In this document: positions 11,854-26,310 of the stretch, piece after piece
How positions within the stretch are numbered: position 1 is the stretch's first letter
Layout of the letters: each line of letters opens with the position of its first letter
Assembly (NCBI RefSeq): GCF_009834535.1
Contig: NC_045697.1
Coordinates: 74,154,001-74,218,000, forward strand
DNA: 64,000 bases
Source: Camelus ferus
Lineage: Eukaryota
Reading direction: 5' to 3'
Program-made: the position numbers and the translations under genes
Notes under the pieces: generated by a model
Seen by the model: only the letters and a program-made list of their open reading frames with translations
What the model was told of the DNA's origin: nothing
Database searches by the model: none

Positions 11854-14800
11854 ATCTAGAGCAATGCCTGGTACAATGACTGCTCAGTCAATATTTGTTA
11901 AATGAATGAACAAATGGATAAAATCACTATGTCTCCTCCAATCAAAATTTTGCATTCTCCACAATAGAACCATTACAACAGAAAAATTAAATACAGAGAG
12001 GAATTTCCCAAGTAAAACTCATTTTCTAATCAGGGCTTAAAATTTGTCCTCTTTTACTCACTCTTATTAAAGACTTCATATAAAGACATTTCCTGAAAGT
12101 ACCCATTCATTTAGCTTCTAATTGTTTTGGCAGCACTGTGCTGATCACCATAGGAGCCTATACATTCAAATCAATGCCACTTAAGCATTTTGCAAGCCAG
12201 GTAAGCTTTGCTGAATTCCCTTTTGAAATCCACTTCTCTCCTTTCTGCTGCAATTAGCAGTCAGAGGGAATAAATCACATGCCCTTCAAATGAAGATAAA
12301 ATATTTCCCTGCCCCAGTGTGTGAGCTTTCAAATTCAGAGCAGTGGAGGGTCTGCTCCTCCATATTTTCACTTAATACTTCACTGGCTCCTCTCCAAAAC
12401 CTGCCTGACATGCAATTATTTTCAACCTATTTCACAGAAGGCCTGCTCCATTCATCTTTCTGTGGGTCAGATTTCCACTGAAACTGATACACGATTTTAC
12501 TGTGTGAAACTTAAATCTGTAGGGTTCAATGCAATGCTAAGCCAAGGTTTTTGAGGTTTATGGGGGCAGATACGAAATACAACATGGAGGGGGACAAAAG
12601 AGCATGTATAATCATATTGGGGGGCTGGTAGTGATCTGTTTGAAATAAAACCCTAGGTATAATAATGAGTATTTATACTATATGGGTAGAAAGGGGACTG
12701 CACGGGGAGGGAGGAGGAGATGATCAGAAGACCAGAACTGAGTTTCTGACTCTGTTATTTAAGGTAAAAGACTTACCTTCTCTAGAAATTAACTTCCTTG
12801 TCTGTATAATGAGACAGAACAGGATAGACTTTATCACCTTAGCTCCCCTACCTGTTCTTTCTCCATTGTTCTCTATTTCTTTAAATGGCACCACTGTCTC
12901 ATTAACAGTCAGAAATCTGAGAGTCAGCTTTGACTTTGTTTCTCCTTTTTCCCTACACTGATTGCTCATAGTTCATGCTAATTTCTTCGTCTAAATTTCT
13001 CTTGATCTGTTCAGTTCTCTCTATCCTCTCGGCAACTAGACTAAGCTTACATGCCCCCAATCTCTCCCCTAGCAACTAGACCATCTAGTTTCATGGCCAT
13101 TCCACTGTCTCCTTGCCTTCAGCCTTGTTCTCCATCCTCTTACCCGAAAGCTGGTTTTACTGAGGCCAAAGTGATCTCATGAATACAATCTGATCACATC
13201 GCTCACATATTTAAAAATTCCTCCTTGACTTCCCAGCGTTCTTAAAAATTCCAGATTCCTTAACAAGGGCTTCAAATTCTGTTCCCTGATGATTTCTCTA
13301 GACCCATCTCCTTACCACAACTTTAACCTTTGTGCTTTCATCACACTAAGCTTTTTTTAAATCTGTTTTTGCACCAAGACTTTGGACAGGCTGCAGCCCC
13401 CTCTACTCAGGACACCTGCCCTCCTCTCTTCACCTCGCTTTCCCATTTCCTCTGTGGGTCTCTTCCCCAGCGGGCCTGGCCTCTAGGCTGCACTCTGCTA
13501 AGAGCAGGTCACAGTGTGTCATAATCATATCTGCACACCAGTTTTTAAATATTGACTGATATTTTAAATTGCAAAGTGATCTGTTTGCAGAATCTTTTCT
13601 AAGTAATTTTCTCCTCAGTCATTTACAGTCGTCTCATTCAACTCTAAGTAGAGCAGCAGTGTTTTGGCAACTTAGATTTATCAAATCATTCCAAAGCATT
13701 AAAGCTGTTTTCATGGAAACACACACACTGTTTTATTCTCATAGATCATCAGTTTATGTAAGTTTAAATTAAAATAATGTAATTACAATAAGAAGTACAA
13801 CTGACATAATCAGGTTTGTTGTGGAACACAACTAATTCTTGGAAGAGATACAAGTTGAGTATTCACTGGGTAAGGGCACAGATATCAGTTGTTATGTCTT
13901 AGGGGAGGAATGGAAAGTACTGATTTATCCTGTGACTTTAATAACCCACCTTACTTCCAGATTATACATTTCTTGACAGAAAGGACCATTACCATTATTT
14001 TATTCACTTTTACATACCAAATGTAAAGCATAGTACCAGCTCAAGCCCAGAATATAATTTAAGAAATTGATATTAAAGTAGGTACAAGATTTCTTTAAAA
14101 ACTATGGAATTCATAACATTGCTAGCTTAACTTCAAATTCTGATATTTTTCAATTCTTATTTAATTAAAAACATATATGGTTGTGATGAAATTAGGAATT
14201 AGTTCAGGGTCAGGTTCTGGTGTTACATTATCCTTGTCTTCTCCACAGTCAAACGATTCTCCAGGTTCCTTCACAAATAAGTGTTGAATGCTGTACACGT
14301 GCTTACTTGTCTGGTCTTTGGGGCATCGAGTCAGTGTGACTCGGTGTTGGTAAGCAACAGCTTTAAGCGAAACCTTAAGCTTGGTACATGGCAACATATC
14401 TCCAGCTCTCCTTTATTAAGAGACATGTGAGATTTCAACATTACAATGGAAGTCAAAATCTATGATTATTTATTGGTAGCCATTGTTAAATAATTACAGC
14501 TAGGGACCTTGTTCCAAATAAATAAAGACCTGGAATGTTTAAAGTAATAATAAGCTATGCATGTTAGGACATATATTTTATTTTAGCCACTTCTTGCTTT
14601 TCAACTTTTTTTTTCAACTTGAGAAGCACAACATTTTCAGCGAATTTCTCAGAAACTTGCTTGCGTTGGTGATTTAGCTTCAGGGTAATGGAAGAAAATC
14701 AGATTTTTAAAAATTCAGGGGCTTATATTATGCCAAACAGCACACAGGGGCTATATCCCCACCTCATTTGAATTCAGCCTGAGTAAGATGAGAGCACATC

Positions 14801-15323
14801 AGGCCTAGTATTGAACCGACTTTGTAGAAGTCCTTGCTGTTTTATGCTTTTTTCTAGAGCAGGTCCGGAGCCAAGAAGGGTCATTTCCTGATGGATGCTC
14901 AGTTTCCCCTCCCACCCTTGGAACTTCCAAGGGGGGAAAAAGAGGAAAAGCAGGTGCACCATTCAGCATCAGGTGTAGGCAAATGGCAAGTCAGTCATGG
15001 TCATGAAAATAACGACTGACATTTTTGGAGAGGTTTCTGGGTGTCACACACCGAGGTGAGCAATTTGCCTGCTTTATCTCGATTCTCACAACCTCCAAGC
15101 AGAGCAGTGACTATGGTTAAAATGCAGGTGTAGGAGCCAGACTGGCTCGGTTTCTGGTTTGAATCTATTTCCTGTGGTGTGACCTTGGGCCTTCACCTCT
15201 GTGTGTTTTAGCTTCTTCATGTGGAAATAAAAGACAGAGAATAAAATAACCTACTGTGTAGTGTTTTTGTGAGGACTGAAGAGCTAGTGCAAGACAGGCT
15301 CAGTATATAGCACAAAGTGAGTG

Positions 15324-15624
15324 TAGTCGTCCCCCCTTATCCGCGGGGAACTGATCCCAGGACCCATGCGGAAACTCCACGAATACTCAAGTCCCTTACG
15401 TAAAATGGCACAGTGTTTGCCCATCTCCCCATATACTGTAAAGCATTTCTAGATTACTTATAACACCTAACACGATGTAAATGCCATGAAAATCACTGCC
15501 GGGGATGCACAAGTTCAAGTTTTGCTTTTTGAAACTTTCTGGAATTTAAAAAAAAAATTTTTTTTTCAATCCTTGGTTGGTGGAATCTGTGGGTGCAAAA
15601 CCTGCAGGTACAGAGGGCTGCCTG
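15324..15624 (+). mobile_element. MER2/MER2B-like TcMar-Tigger MITE
   Basis: 'agtcgtccccccttatccgcggg...tctagattacttataacacctaa...ggttggtggaatctgtggg...gagggctgcctg' followed by TA. It lies within MIR sequence. Confidence 0.8.
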
Positions 15625-16164
15625 TACTCAAAAATGTTAGGTCTTTTCATCATTAATACCACAACTGTTCTTACTCCTTTTCCACAGAGGAAGCAATTTA
15701 GTGACTCCAAGTGACTTGGCCAAGGTCCCACAGCTAGTGGGTGGCAGAGTCAGAACTGAACTGTATGTCTGTGTGTCCAGCACAATTCCACTGCATATAA
15801 CACAGTGTACCTCGATCACAGCACGAGCAGTCCGGGTGTAGAGGGAGGAGAGCCCAGGCTTCAGAACCAAGCATGTCTGGTTTGAATCCCATCCCCTCTG
15901 TGTACTCTGTGAGCCACTGGATAACTTGTACTCACATTCACTGTGTTCAGTTTCCTCATCTCTAAAATTAGTGTGGATCCCACTTTAAGTCTTGTGTGGA
16001 AGATTATAGATAATATATATATTTTTTAATTGGTACGTAATAGGTGTTTGATAATGGTTGCTCTTATGGGCTAGACACAACATATTATAATTAATATAAC
16101 TGCAGTCATAGTGTATAATGCTTAATATCAAAATTACTTTTAAAGAATATACATTCTATAAACA

Positions 16165-16565
16165 GCATGTGGTCTGTACATACAATGGAATGTTATTCGA
16201 CCTTAAAAAGGAAGTTCTGATTTTCTACTACAATGTGGATGAACTTGAAGACAATACGTTAAGTGAAATAAACCATTCATAAAAAAACAAATATTCTATG
16301 ATTCCACTTACATGAGGGACCTAGAGTAGCCAAATTCATAGAGACAAAAACTAGGATGGTGGTTGCCAGAGGCTAGGAGGGAATGGGAAATTATTTAATG
16401 GATTTGGAGTTTCCATCTGAGAAGATGAAAAAGTCCTGGAGATGGATGGCGGTGATGATTATACAGCAATGTGAATGTCCTTAATGCTGCTGAACTACAC
16501 GCTTTATAAAAGTAATTAACATGGTAAATTTTATGTTATATATGTATTTACCACAATAAAAATAG
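16165..16565 (+). mobile_element. L1MB-type LINE-1 3' end
   Basis: 'catacaatggaatgttattc...aagtgaaataaacca...ggtggttgccagaggc...ttaccacaataaaaa'. Confidence 0.85.
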
Positions 16566-17559
16566 GGGAAAAAGAATCTAACTTTGTGTAAGAGGAAAGC
16601 ATTATTATTAAAATTATTGAAATGAGAATCAGTATTAAAATTAGCTCTTGCTTCTCCAGTCATATTTTTGATGTTTTAGATCGAGTTCCACCAAGAAGTC
16701 ACGTTAGTCTTTATATTTTATAAGAGGGACAAGGTGTGTGTGACTATTTTTATCCACCATATATGTTTCTATTTGAATTGGCAGGTGAATATTAATCAAT
16801 GTAGATAACATTCTAATGATACTGTCAGAGGAGAAGTAATATTGTTGTGACACCCAGAGAACATTTTATTATACACACTACCTTGAACATTTTTACCAGG
16901 GAATTTGATGCAGTGCACATGCAGTGCGCAATAGAAAGGAGCCAAGCTAAAGTGCATTAGTCACGTGTGCTGCACTGCCTGCGAGACACAAGGATATAAT
17001 TAACTATGAAGGTCATTCCATCTCTGGTATAAAATTTGGAACAAAGATGTATTCAGTTATGCTGTTTACTCTACACTTCAACTCTTCATTTTTATAAGCT
17101 TTCCTTTCTATGTGATTTTTGAACTCCCATAAGGCCTTTTTTTTTTTTAAAGAAGAGAAAGTCGTTTTGTTTAAATTGCCTTGCACTCCAAACCCATCAA
17201 AACAATTTTGTATTTTGAAACACGACTTGCTTTTGACATTGAAACTTTTTTCCTCTTTTTTTTTAAAATTTACTATAATAAATGTTACATTTTGAGAAAA
17301 AATGTGATATACCCAGAAGGCCCTGTGTGCATCTGTTCCACCTGCCTCTGTTTCAGTATCCTCACCTTCATACTCATTGAAGTTCTCTTTTATCTCTTGC
17401 ACTAGCTCTGCCTTGATAAAACACCAGCTCTAATTGTTGGCCTTAGTTTCCCTACCTTGAGTTGCATCAGACCTTCCTGGGCAGCAGAAGGAATTGTTCA
17501 TCTCTGGGCTTTCCTCTAAGCTCCTCCAAGCCCTTGTTTTTCCTCTAGGCAAAACAGTG

Positions 17560-19340
17560 AATATTTGCCCATCCCTTGTCTCCTCAGAGAGCTATTAGCC
17601 TCAAACACTAATATTTCTAACCTTTCTAGCAGGACCCTGTTACTTGTTGAATGTTTTCATTGGGAGTTTGAAGAGAGTGAGTCTCTACACTTGCTTCTTA
17701 CATATTTTTGTCTTTCGCTGTACTGAGCTGTTTGGGTCCTATTTCCATTTAACTGGTATTCTTACTACAGTAAGGTTTCCTTAGAGATTACAAGGGTGGC
17801 TACTACCCAAGTTCGCCTATACTTGAAAGCGGTGGCCTTTTAACCTAAATTATAAATAACCAGAGGCCAAGATCAAAATCTTTTTCTGTCAGAATTCTTT
17901 ACACATTATTTGCGTATCTCTAGCATCCAGTGTTACTCATAAAATATTTAATTCAAGTCCTAGTCTCACCCAATTTTTTTCTTGCAGGAAGCTTGTGAGA
18001 ATTTCTCTTTATGCTTGGAATTTAGAAATTTCTCCATTTATATGCTTAGCTGTGCTTCCTTTTTGCAAAGTGGAAAATGTAAAAGGCGAGTAAATATTTC
18101 AGGACAAGAAAGACTAGAGAATTTTGTCAGTCTTATTGGTTATTGCTCTAACACTCATTTGTTTCTCTCCACTTGTTCAGGTGGCCTTCTTTCTGGATTA
18201 ACATTCCATATAGTTTATCTTTCCCTCTTCATATCCATCCTATTCCTTTTTGCATCTCAATCTTCCATTTGGGACCATTTGTCCTCTGAGTAAAGTACAT
18301 CTTTCAGAGTTATTTTTAATGAGACTCTTTTGGTGGTAAACTAAGATCTTGTTTTTCTAAAATGCGTTTACTTTACCATCACTTTGAGACAGTTCTGCTA
18401 GGCTAGGGTGTGGTTATTTTCTCTCAGCGCTCTAAGTGTGTTATTCTACCACCTTCCAGCTTGTGTCACTGCTGTTGTAAAGGCAGCCGTGAGTCTCACA
18501 GTAATCCCTTTGTAGGTAATTTGTCTTTTCTCACTGCCTCATCTCAACGTCTCCTAAGCTACATTGCACATTTTCCATCTCTTCACTTCTCTCTGTTGCA
18601 TTTCGTATATAATTTCTTTGGCTTGGTTTACTTCATTCCTTCATCTTTATGTAATTTACTATTTTACCCTTTTATTGAGTTTTTTATTCCATTGACTTCT
18701 ACAATTTTAATTATTATGAGTTTTACTTTTCAAAGTTTTATTTCATTCTTTTAAAATCTACTTTATTTTTGTAGTCCTCTTGTTTCTTGCTTATAATTTC
18801 AAACTACTGTTTATTTAGACCAACTAAACACACTTTTCATATATCCCTGCTAATAATTCCAATATTTTAAGACTTTGTGGATATAATTGTGTCTATGCTT
18901 TTTCTTGTATCTGTCTCACGGTACCTTGTTTCCTTGTTATGTTTTAGGAATTTTTTTTGTGATCTCATGTTCCTTGCAATAAATATGTGGGAATTAACTG
19001 AAGCCTGAGTTGAAGAGATATTCAATTTCATTAAAAGTTTTGTTCTTAATTTCCTTTCTTCCATTTTCTTTTGGCTTATGTGTTTTCTTTTCTTTTTTTA
19101 AGACTTTTTTTGTTAGATTCTTAAGTCATTAATTTTCAGTTTTGTTCCTTTTCTTATATATAAATTTAAGGCTATAAATTCTCCATAAACAAAACTTTAG
19201 CTACATTTCACATGTAACATTTTTCTTATCTCTCAGAATAAACATCTTCTATTTGCTTTTGTGATTTCTTCTATTTCTCACTAGTTATTTAGTAGTTTAT
19301 AAAAAATTCAAAAACAAATGAGGCTATAAGTTTTATTTTT
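17560..19340 (-). mobile_element. Highly decayed old L1 (L1ME-like) fragments
   Basis: T-rich stretch with antisense L1-like phrases such as 'tttaaggctataaattctcc' and 'gtgatttcttctatttctcac'. Confidence 0.45.
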
Positions 19341-20009
19341 GTTATTTATTTCTACAACACCATCCATGTGTAGGTCTTAATCTTTGTGACTAGGACTTCA
19401 TGGTTTCAGCATGGCTGCTGCACCTCCAGGACTGACATCCACATTCCAGGCAGTAAAAAGAAGGCAAGAATCATGAGAGGTGGAGGATGAAAGAAGGGCC
19501 ATTTCAACCAAATTTGCCTCTTTATAAACTGAAACTTCTTTTAAGAGATTTCTGCTTACACCCCTTTCACCATAAATGAGACGTAATTTGAAAAAGAACC
19601 TAAGAAGTAAGCATTTTTATCTATCTATTCAGGGCTTGATTTATGAAAAGCAAATGAGAGAATAGATATTGGGCAGGCAAATAGCAGTGTCTGACAACTA
19701 AACTGCTATTATAAAGAATAAAGATATGTGTGTATATATATACATATATATACACACACACATATATATATACACACATATATATATGCTTACCAAAAAA
19801 ACCCCCACTATATACTGTTAAAGTTGAAAAAGCAAGATACAGAAGAATATGTATATGAAGCCATTGTTTAAAAAGAAAACTAACTGCTGTATGTATGTTT
19901 ATACGTGCATGAAAATACTTTGAGATGATTATACACAAAACTGGAATACAGCTAAGAATACAGTGAAAACCATATTACAGCTAATAAACAGGGACTGCAT
20001 CTAAAAATA

Positions 20010-20250
20010 ATAGCAAACATTTACACAGTATCTATTCTTTCAGACACTGCTGTGTTTAACAAACACTAACTCATTTTATCTTCACAATCACTTTATAAGT
20101 TTTTACTAATGTTATCCTTAATTTACAGATGAGGAAACTGATGCACAGAGTTAAATAACTTGTTCCAGGTCACAGATCTAATAAATGTTGGAAGTGGAGT
20201 TTGAATCCAGGAAGTCGGGTGCAATGTCTAGGCACTTCACCTCAAAACTA
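20010..20250 (-). mobile_element. MIR SINE relic
   Basis: 'tttacagatgaggaaactgatgcacagagttaaataacttgttccaggtcacag...tttgaatccagg'. Confidence 0.8.
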
Positions 20251-23200
20251 CATATAACTTTATAATTTGAAAACATTAAATCAATTACCTCTCCTTAAAA
20301 TCCACCCCAAAAAGCCGCAGCAATAGACAGAAGCAGACAGAGCACCTGTGAACTCCAAGCCAAGCACAGGCTCTCAGTGTTGACTGCCATCAGCCCTCCC
20401 CAGCCACGCCTTTGCTGTCGGCTGTTTTCTCATCTCTCTAAAGGACCAGGTTCTCCCTAGGCAGACACCCATGGCAGGAAAGCTACCCAGGATTCCTAAT
20501 GCCAGCTCTCTCCTGACTTTCCTCCATGAGCAACACCCCCAATTTTTCCTTCCCTTCCTCTCCCATCTGAACATAGCTATCCACCCACTTCAGAGACGTG
20601 CATTTTTCTTGACAAGTTGATAACCGTAAAATAATGGGATAACTGTTTGCTCCAGGTCGTGGGAAAGTTCAAGAGTAGAGAGAAAGGAACCTTGTCATTC
20701 CCAGGCCTATGGAAATAACTAACATTTACGCTGTTTTGAAGATCCTTGCTTTTAATCCAGTGTTAAGGATAACACGGTGACGGTTTTCAACCCCCTTTTA
20801 CAGATAAGGAAACTGAGGCTCTGTGAGGATAACTGATTTATTTTGTCCATCACGTGCTCACTGTGAAAAGTGGCAGAGCTGATCTTAGGTTGGATTATCC
20901 TTTTCCAAAGCTGCAGCAAACTCCTTTTACATAAGCCTCCTTGGCCAGGAATCCCCACATATGTTACCCATGAAATTTGTGGCTAGAGTAGTGAAAATTC
21001 ATTATCACTGCTGGAAAAATAAAGCTTGGGGGTGAAAGAGGAAAGGCAAGGGGGGTGGATCAGCTACACGGTACTGTTTTCACACCCAGTAGCATATTTT
21101 GGATAAAACAATCTAAATGTCCTTTTAGCCTCCATTTCCCTTTAGTTTTGACACAGTCTTTCAGTTTATGCTAACTATTGGAAAATATTCATTCTTCAAG
21201 TTCTATTTTTCCTTCTTTCCTAAATATTTAGTTCTTCTGTTGCCTTACCAAGAAATAAAACATTATAGTTGACTGATGACTTGAGTGATCTACATTGGTC
21301 GTACCTATGTGTTACAAATATGTAAAAATGTAGTATAACTAAAAGATAAATGTTTTAAAGGTAGAGAAGGATCTTACAGAAACAAAACTTGTGCACACAA
21401 TGCATGGTGGAGAGTTTGTTGGTTTAAGAAATGCAAACAGAGAAAGTGTTCAGAGACCTGACCGGAAAATGATGCAAGTCATTGTTCCCACAATAAACTT
21501 GAGTCAAAAGAGCAAACAAGGATATCTTACAAGGTTGCTTAACTCTAAATTGACTGAGAAGGTGAACAGAGACGTTTCTGAAGTTGAATATCCTGACTAG
21601 CACTTGATTTCAACCACTGTGACCCACTAACTTGGTTCTGAACAAGACGTTGATCAGGATTAGAAAAATCTAAGAAACTCTTAATTAATAAAATCTGATG
21701 TACATTTAAAGTGCAGCTACTGGAAAATCTGTGAAATAAGTTAAACTGATATAGTCATTGAGTCGTGGGATTTAGAACAAAGAAGAAGGTGAGAATATAT
21801 TTTAGGAAATTTCTTGGCCAAAGATAAGGAAAGACTCCCTTCTCCGTGGTAGGCCCCCAAATTGATAGATTATTCTTTTTATAAGGCACAAAATGTTTAG
21901 AACTTGGAAAAGCAGATATCAGTTAGGACAGTTTTGAATAGTACCCCTTATATTTTCAAGGTAATTTTAAATAATAATTGAATACTGTCCGTACTGGCTT
22001 GCCAGCTCTCTACTACTGACTCTTCTGTCTGTGAGCTGTTTCATTATCCCAGGAGAAAAGAACCCCCCATCGCTCCCCCTCTGCCCTCTGGCTCCCAACC
22101 CCCAACCTTTCTGAAGGAGCAGCCAAAGGGAGACTCATGAAGATGAAGTTGCAAATACAGCCCGCTCACTGTGTCTCCTCCCCAGTGATCTGCCTTCCTC
22201 TTTTATATCCAAAATAGTTCATAGTAATGACACCTGTTCGTAACTCTTCCTTTTGAATTTGGGGGGCTGAGAGGCAGGCTTCTTCTACCTTCCAATAAAA
22301 ACATTATAAATTAACCAGCATCCCCAAATTCCCATAACATAGTTCAAGACATGAAGGCTGCAGAACACCTCTCCTCGCATGATTCTCTTCTTAAATAACT
22401 TCTGTAGATTGTTTCTTTGGCACCAAATCACCCAAGCCTTCTAACACCATGTGCTCTTAGATACTATTTGTCAAATCCTTCTTCTTTCCTGATTAAGGAA
22501 GAATAGTTCCCAGACAGATGGCTCAGAAGCATATTTACCTGCAAGTCAGGATTGTCCAGAGACCAATCTAGTGCACCTTCTAGTGCACTGCTGGAATTAT
22601 CTTCACAGCATCCTCCACAGAGGTTTGCTTACCAAGCCTCTGCCTGGACTCCTGAAATTACTGGGCCAGGGAGAGAGCACTGCTCACTACTTTTAAGTGT
22701 CTCTTCACATTCTTGGGGGCAGTCTCTTTACGTTGAACCATAAACTCCACTATTATGTTTCTCCAGGTATCTTGCTTTGTTAGTGGAGTCAGCCAAGAGA
22801 ATATACTCTATTTCTATTTCCATAATTGTGATCTGTGCACTTTTTTCACCCAGACAGACTCTTTATAAGCCCTTTTGTAGAGTTTTACAGTCTCAGGAAG
22901 TAGTGTCAGAAGTAAAGGCATCTGTCAGTTACTAGAATCATCTTAGCTTAAAGGAAATAAAATGACTCCTGCAACCGCAGAGACTAAGATGGAAATTAAG
23001 TTTGTAATGACTTCAAGCTTGAAGCAAATTCATTCACACACACACCTCCACACTGCCCCACGATCTATCACTCCTCTAGTTTCATCTGTGACCTAGTTTG
23101 TGGCTTCCAAAGTTTTACATTGCTGTGAGACGTTCATCCTTGATGACATTTAGCTTTCTCACATTGGACTTTGTATAAAATCTTGGCTACCTGTGAGGCT

Positions 23201-23887
23201 TCACATTTATCTCATTATCTCCTCAGTACTGTGATTTTTTTAATTAAAAGTTTCTGTTTGGTAGTTCAGTAATTTTGAAATAACAAGATATGCAGTAGTA
23301 TTGAAGATAAGCCATGAAAAACTGTAGTTGGAATTTGTTTAACCTACCACTGCCTCACTCCTCCTGGGTTCGTGACTAGTGAAGCGAAGAACAAATCTAA
23401 TCATGTGCAATTGTTTTCTATTTCATTGAGTTTTGTGTATTACCCACTGAGAATGAGGGGTAATTATTTTTAATAATAGAGACTAACAAAATTGAAAGGT
23501 GTTTCACTAATTAAAAATCTTCCCTTGATTTAAAAGCAAATGTGTCCAGAAGAAGTTATGAACTGTGTTTTTAGACATTTTCCCTCTAGCCTGAAGACTG
23601 GCTATGTAGCCTAATATAGTAGCAATGAGATATTTTAAAGACGAAACATGACAGTTGAGTATAATCTTTCTGACTTGTCAGAAGTATTCATTCTCACTCC
23701 CTTCTTGCTCATAATTTCATAGGATTCCAACCTTTGGGGGAGCTACCACACATCACTTCCCAAGAACACCCATGAAGACACACAGCCTTTTTCCTTGCTG
23801 ACAATAATCCTGTAGTGATGTTGTTTGTAATGAAGAAACAAGAAACCTCAGCAGAATGCCTCACATGTACATGTGTTCATTTAACAG

Positions 23888-24075
23888 AAAAGATGACCCC
23901 ACAGGCTGGGTGTTCTGCGGCTGAGACCCTAACTCAGGAGGAGGAACATCAGATGCAAAGAATGATGGCAAAGCGTTTGAGAATCATCAGGGAGCTGATA
24001 CAGACAGAAAAGGACTATCTCAATGATCTAGAGCTGTGCATCAAAGAAGTGGTTCAGCCCTTGAGAAGTAAACAG
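23888..24075 (+). CDS. ARHGEF38: ARHGEF38 coding exon (probably exon 2), N-terminus of the Dbl-homology (DH) domain
   Basis: Acceptor ttcatttaacAG ends at 23887 and donor CAG|GTaaat starts at 24076, giving 188 bp with a phase-1 start and phase-0 end. It translates (E)KMTPQAGCSAAETLTQEEEHQMQRMMAKRLRIIRELIQTEKDYLNDLELCIKEVVQPLRSKQ, which has the DH CR1 motif ELIxTExxY and matches recalled ARHGEF38 sequence. Confidence 0.95.
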
Positions 24076-24698
24076 GTAAATGCAACTCTGAGGGTCCCCT
24101 CTGCCCATATTCTGAATAGGATGGCAAGCACCATGAGATCAAAGCCCCCAAGTGTATCAGAAGTATCATGTGCCAGACTGAAGGTGGAGTGATGGGCCCC
24201 TCCCCCAGTCCCTGGGTTTGCATTGGCAGGAGGCATCAGCAGACTCAGACTTCAGCAGAGGGACACCCAGAGTCAAGGAAACTGCACTTTAGAACATAGG
24301 AAATTCACAGCTTTCGTCACTTTGAAATTTCAATGTGTTCATTCTTGGATTTCCATGGAATTGCTAACAAATTGTAAGCCATAGTTTTCAGCAGGTTAGG
24401 AACAAAGCACTTAAACTTGACCATCCAAAGATGGTCAAGGTTTCAGAAGAGAAATATGTGAGTTTTTTTCATCTCCTACATTGAGAGCGCAATTAAACTT
24501 ATCACTATTTAGTTAAGTAAAATGCAGCACAGAAATTAGCCAAAGCGTAAGACAAAAATTTCTCTTTGGTAGGACTGGCCTCAGACAAAACTTGAGGTGT
24601 TTGTAAGTTAATCATTCTCCTCCTTTTTAATCAAGGCCTTTTCAGGGAATTTTTTTATAGGGAATTAGAGTAAAGGTACAAGGATATTTGAAATTTAT

Positions 24699-24729
<31 letters not shown>

Positions 24730-26227
24730 CACACAATTACTAGGGTGGTAAGTGGTCCTTATACACAGTTCAAACAATATGCAAAAACATAAACTTAAAA
24801 GTGAAAACAATCAGAAGTTCCACTACTCAGAAGATATTCACATGGTTAGGAACAGCCTTTCAGACATCAGTTTGGACACTTACACTCACACACACACATT
24901 TAACATAAATGCAATCAAAACCGCACATGCTTTTTGTAACGCACGAATTTCATTCAGCAGTCTGGTGGATGTATCTTTCCATGACCACTAACACTTTTCA
25001 GTGGTTTTCGACTGCTACTTGACGCTGAGACACGCTTACATCTTGGGTGTTGTCATCTTATCTCCTTAGAATAAATTCCTAGGAATGGAAATGCTAGGTC
25101 AAAGGATGTGCATATTTAGGATTTTGATAAAAATTGCCAGCTGACAACCAAAAAGTTGATACTGTCCTAATTTTCATTCCCATTAACAGTGCTTGAGAGG
25201 CTGCTCCTCTGCATCCTCTTTAAATCCGAGCATTGTTAGGTTTTACAAACAATGAAGACCGGGTTCCTCTGATTTCTTCTGACAAATATCTTCTTACATA
25301 TTCATCAGCCATCTCTATTCTTCTAAATCCCTATTCATACCCATGTCTTTTGCCCTTTTAAAACAATTGTGGATTGTCTTTTTCTTATTGTTTTATAAAA
25401 TCTCTTTTCATATTAGATATTCTTTTTCAACTCCACATGTTACAGTGAATTTTCTCAGTTTGTCTTTTGTCCTCTAACCTTGATTACGGTTAAAAGTCAA
25501 AACCTTGTTTAAGGTTTAGTCATTTGTTTTTGCCGTTTTTAAGTGGCTGGAAATATCCAACTTTGTGGATTCTGGGTTTGACATCTCAACATAGTACTCA
25601 TGATTATAAAAATACTGTGAGTCAGTTGTCCTAATATCAATTATTAAACCTTTTCCCCAGTACTTACAACATCTAGAACCAGAGTTTATATTTCTTTACA
25701 CAAGATTCTTCTCAGAAGTATTAGGAAAAATATCTGGTTTACAAATCAGGGAAAATCTGATCAAGGTGTAGATCAAGGTGACCTTTGATATAAAAGTTGT
25801 TTTGGTTTAGGACAATGTATAAAGAAAGGCAGCAGAACAGGCTTGGAATTTTTCCCTCAGGGAATCATCTTTAGTTTTACTCCCTCATGACGTTTTATTA
25901 GGTACTTACTATTTGTCAGGTCCTGTTCTTCCAAACACTTCATCAGAATCCTGATTTAATCCTATCACAGTTCTCAATTTAGAAGGTAACTGGCAACTTT
26001 CTGAATCTGGAAATTACTTAGTAAGTCTGTAAGAGGAGGAATAACATTCATGGTCCTGATAAACATTTGCTCTCTAGTTTCACTGTTAAATATATAGAAA
26101 TATGTTTGTTGTGGCTTTTTTTTTCATTTAACATAAACTAGCTGCATTGATATAGCCTTTATCCTGGCAGATATTAATGGTTATTAATAAAATATTCATT
26201 TACATAATTATTTAAATATTGGGATTT

Positions 26228-26310
26228 CTTTAGTGGAGGTACTGGGGATTGAACTCAGGACCTCACGCATGCTAAGCATGCACTCTACCACTGAGCTATC
26301 TCCTCCCTGC
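26228..26310 (-). mobile_element. Camelid tRNA-derived SINE (Vic-1-like), head only
   Basis: The minus strand reads ...ATAGCTCAGTGGTAGAGTGCATGCTTAGCATGCGTGAGGTCCTGAGTTCAATCCCCAGTACCTCCA, with Pol III A and B boxes. Confidence 0.85.

Noticed and set aside
14322..14348. Iron-responsive-element-like hairpin (CAGTGT within the stem GGCATCGAGTCA/TGACTCGGTGTT)
   Set aside because: The pairing register does not give a 6-nt CAGUGN loop on a 5-bp stem with a bulged C, and the site is intronic.
23815..24192. 125-aa ORF as a standalone gene
   Set aside because: Only 23888-24075 is DH-like and it is bounded by canonical splice sites. The flanking codons are intronic read-through.
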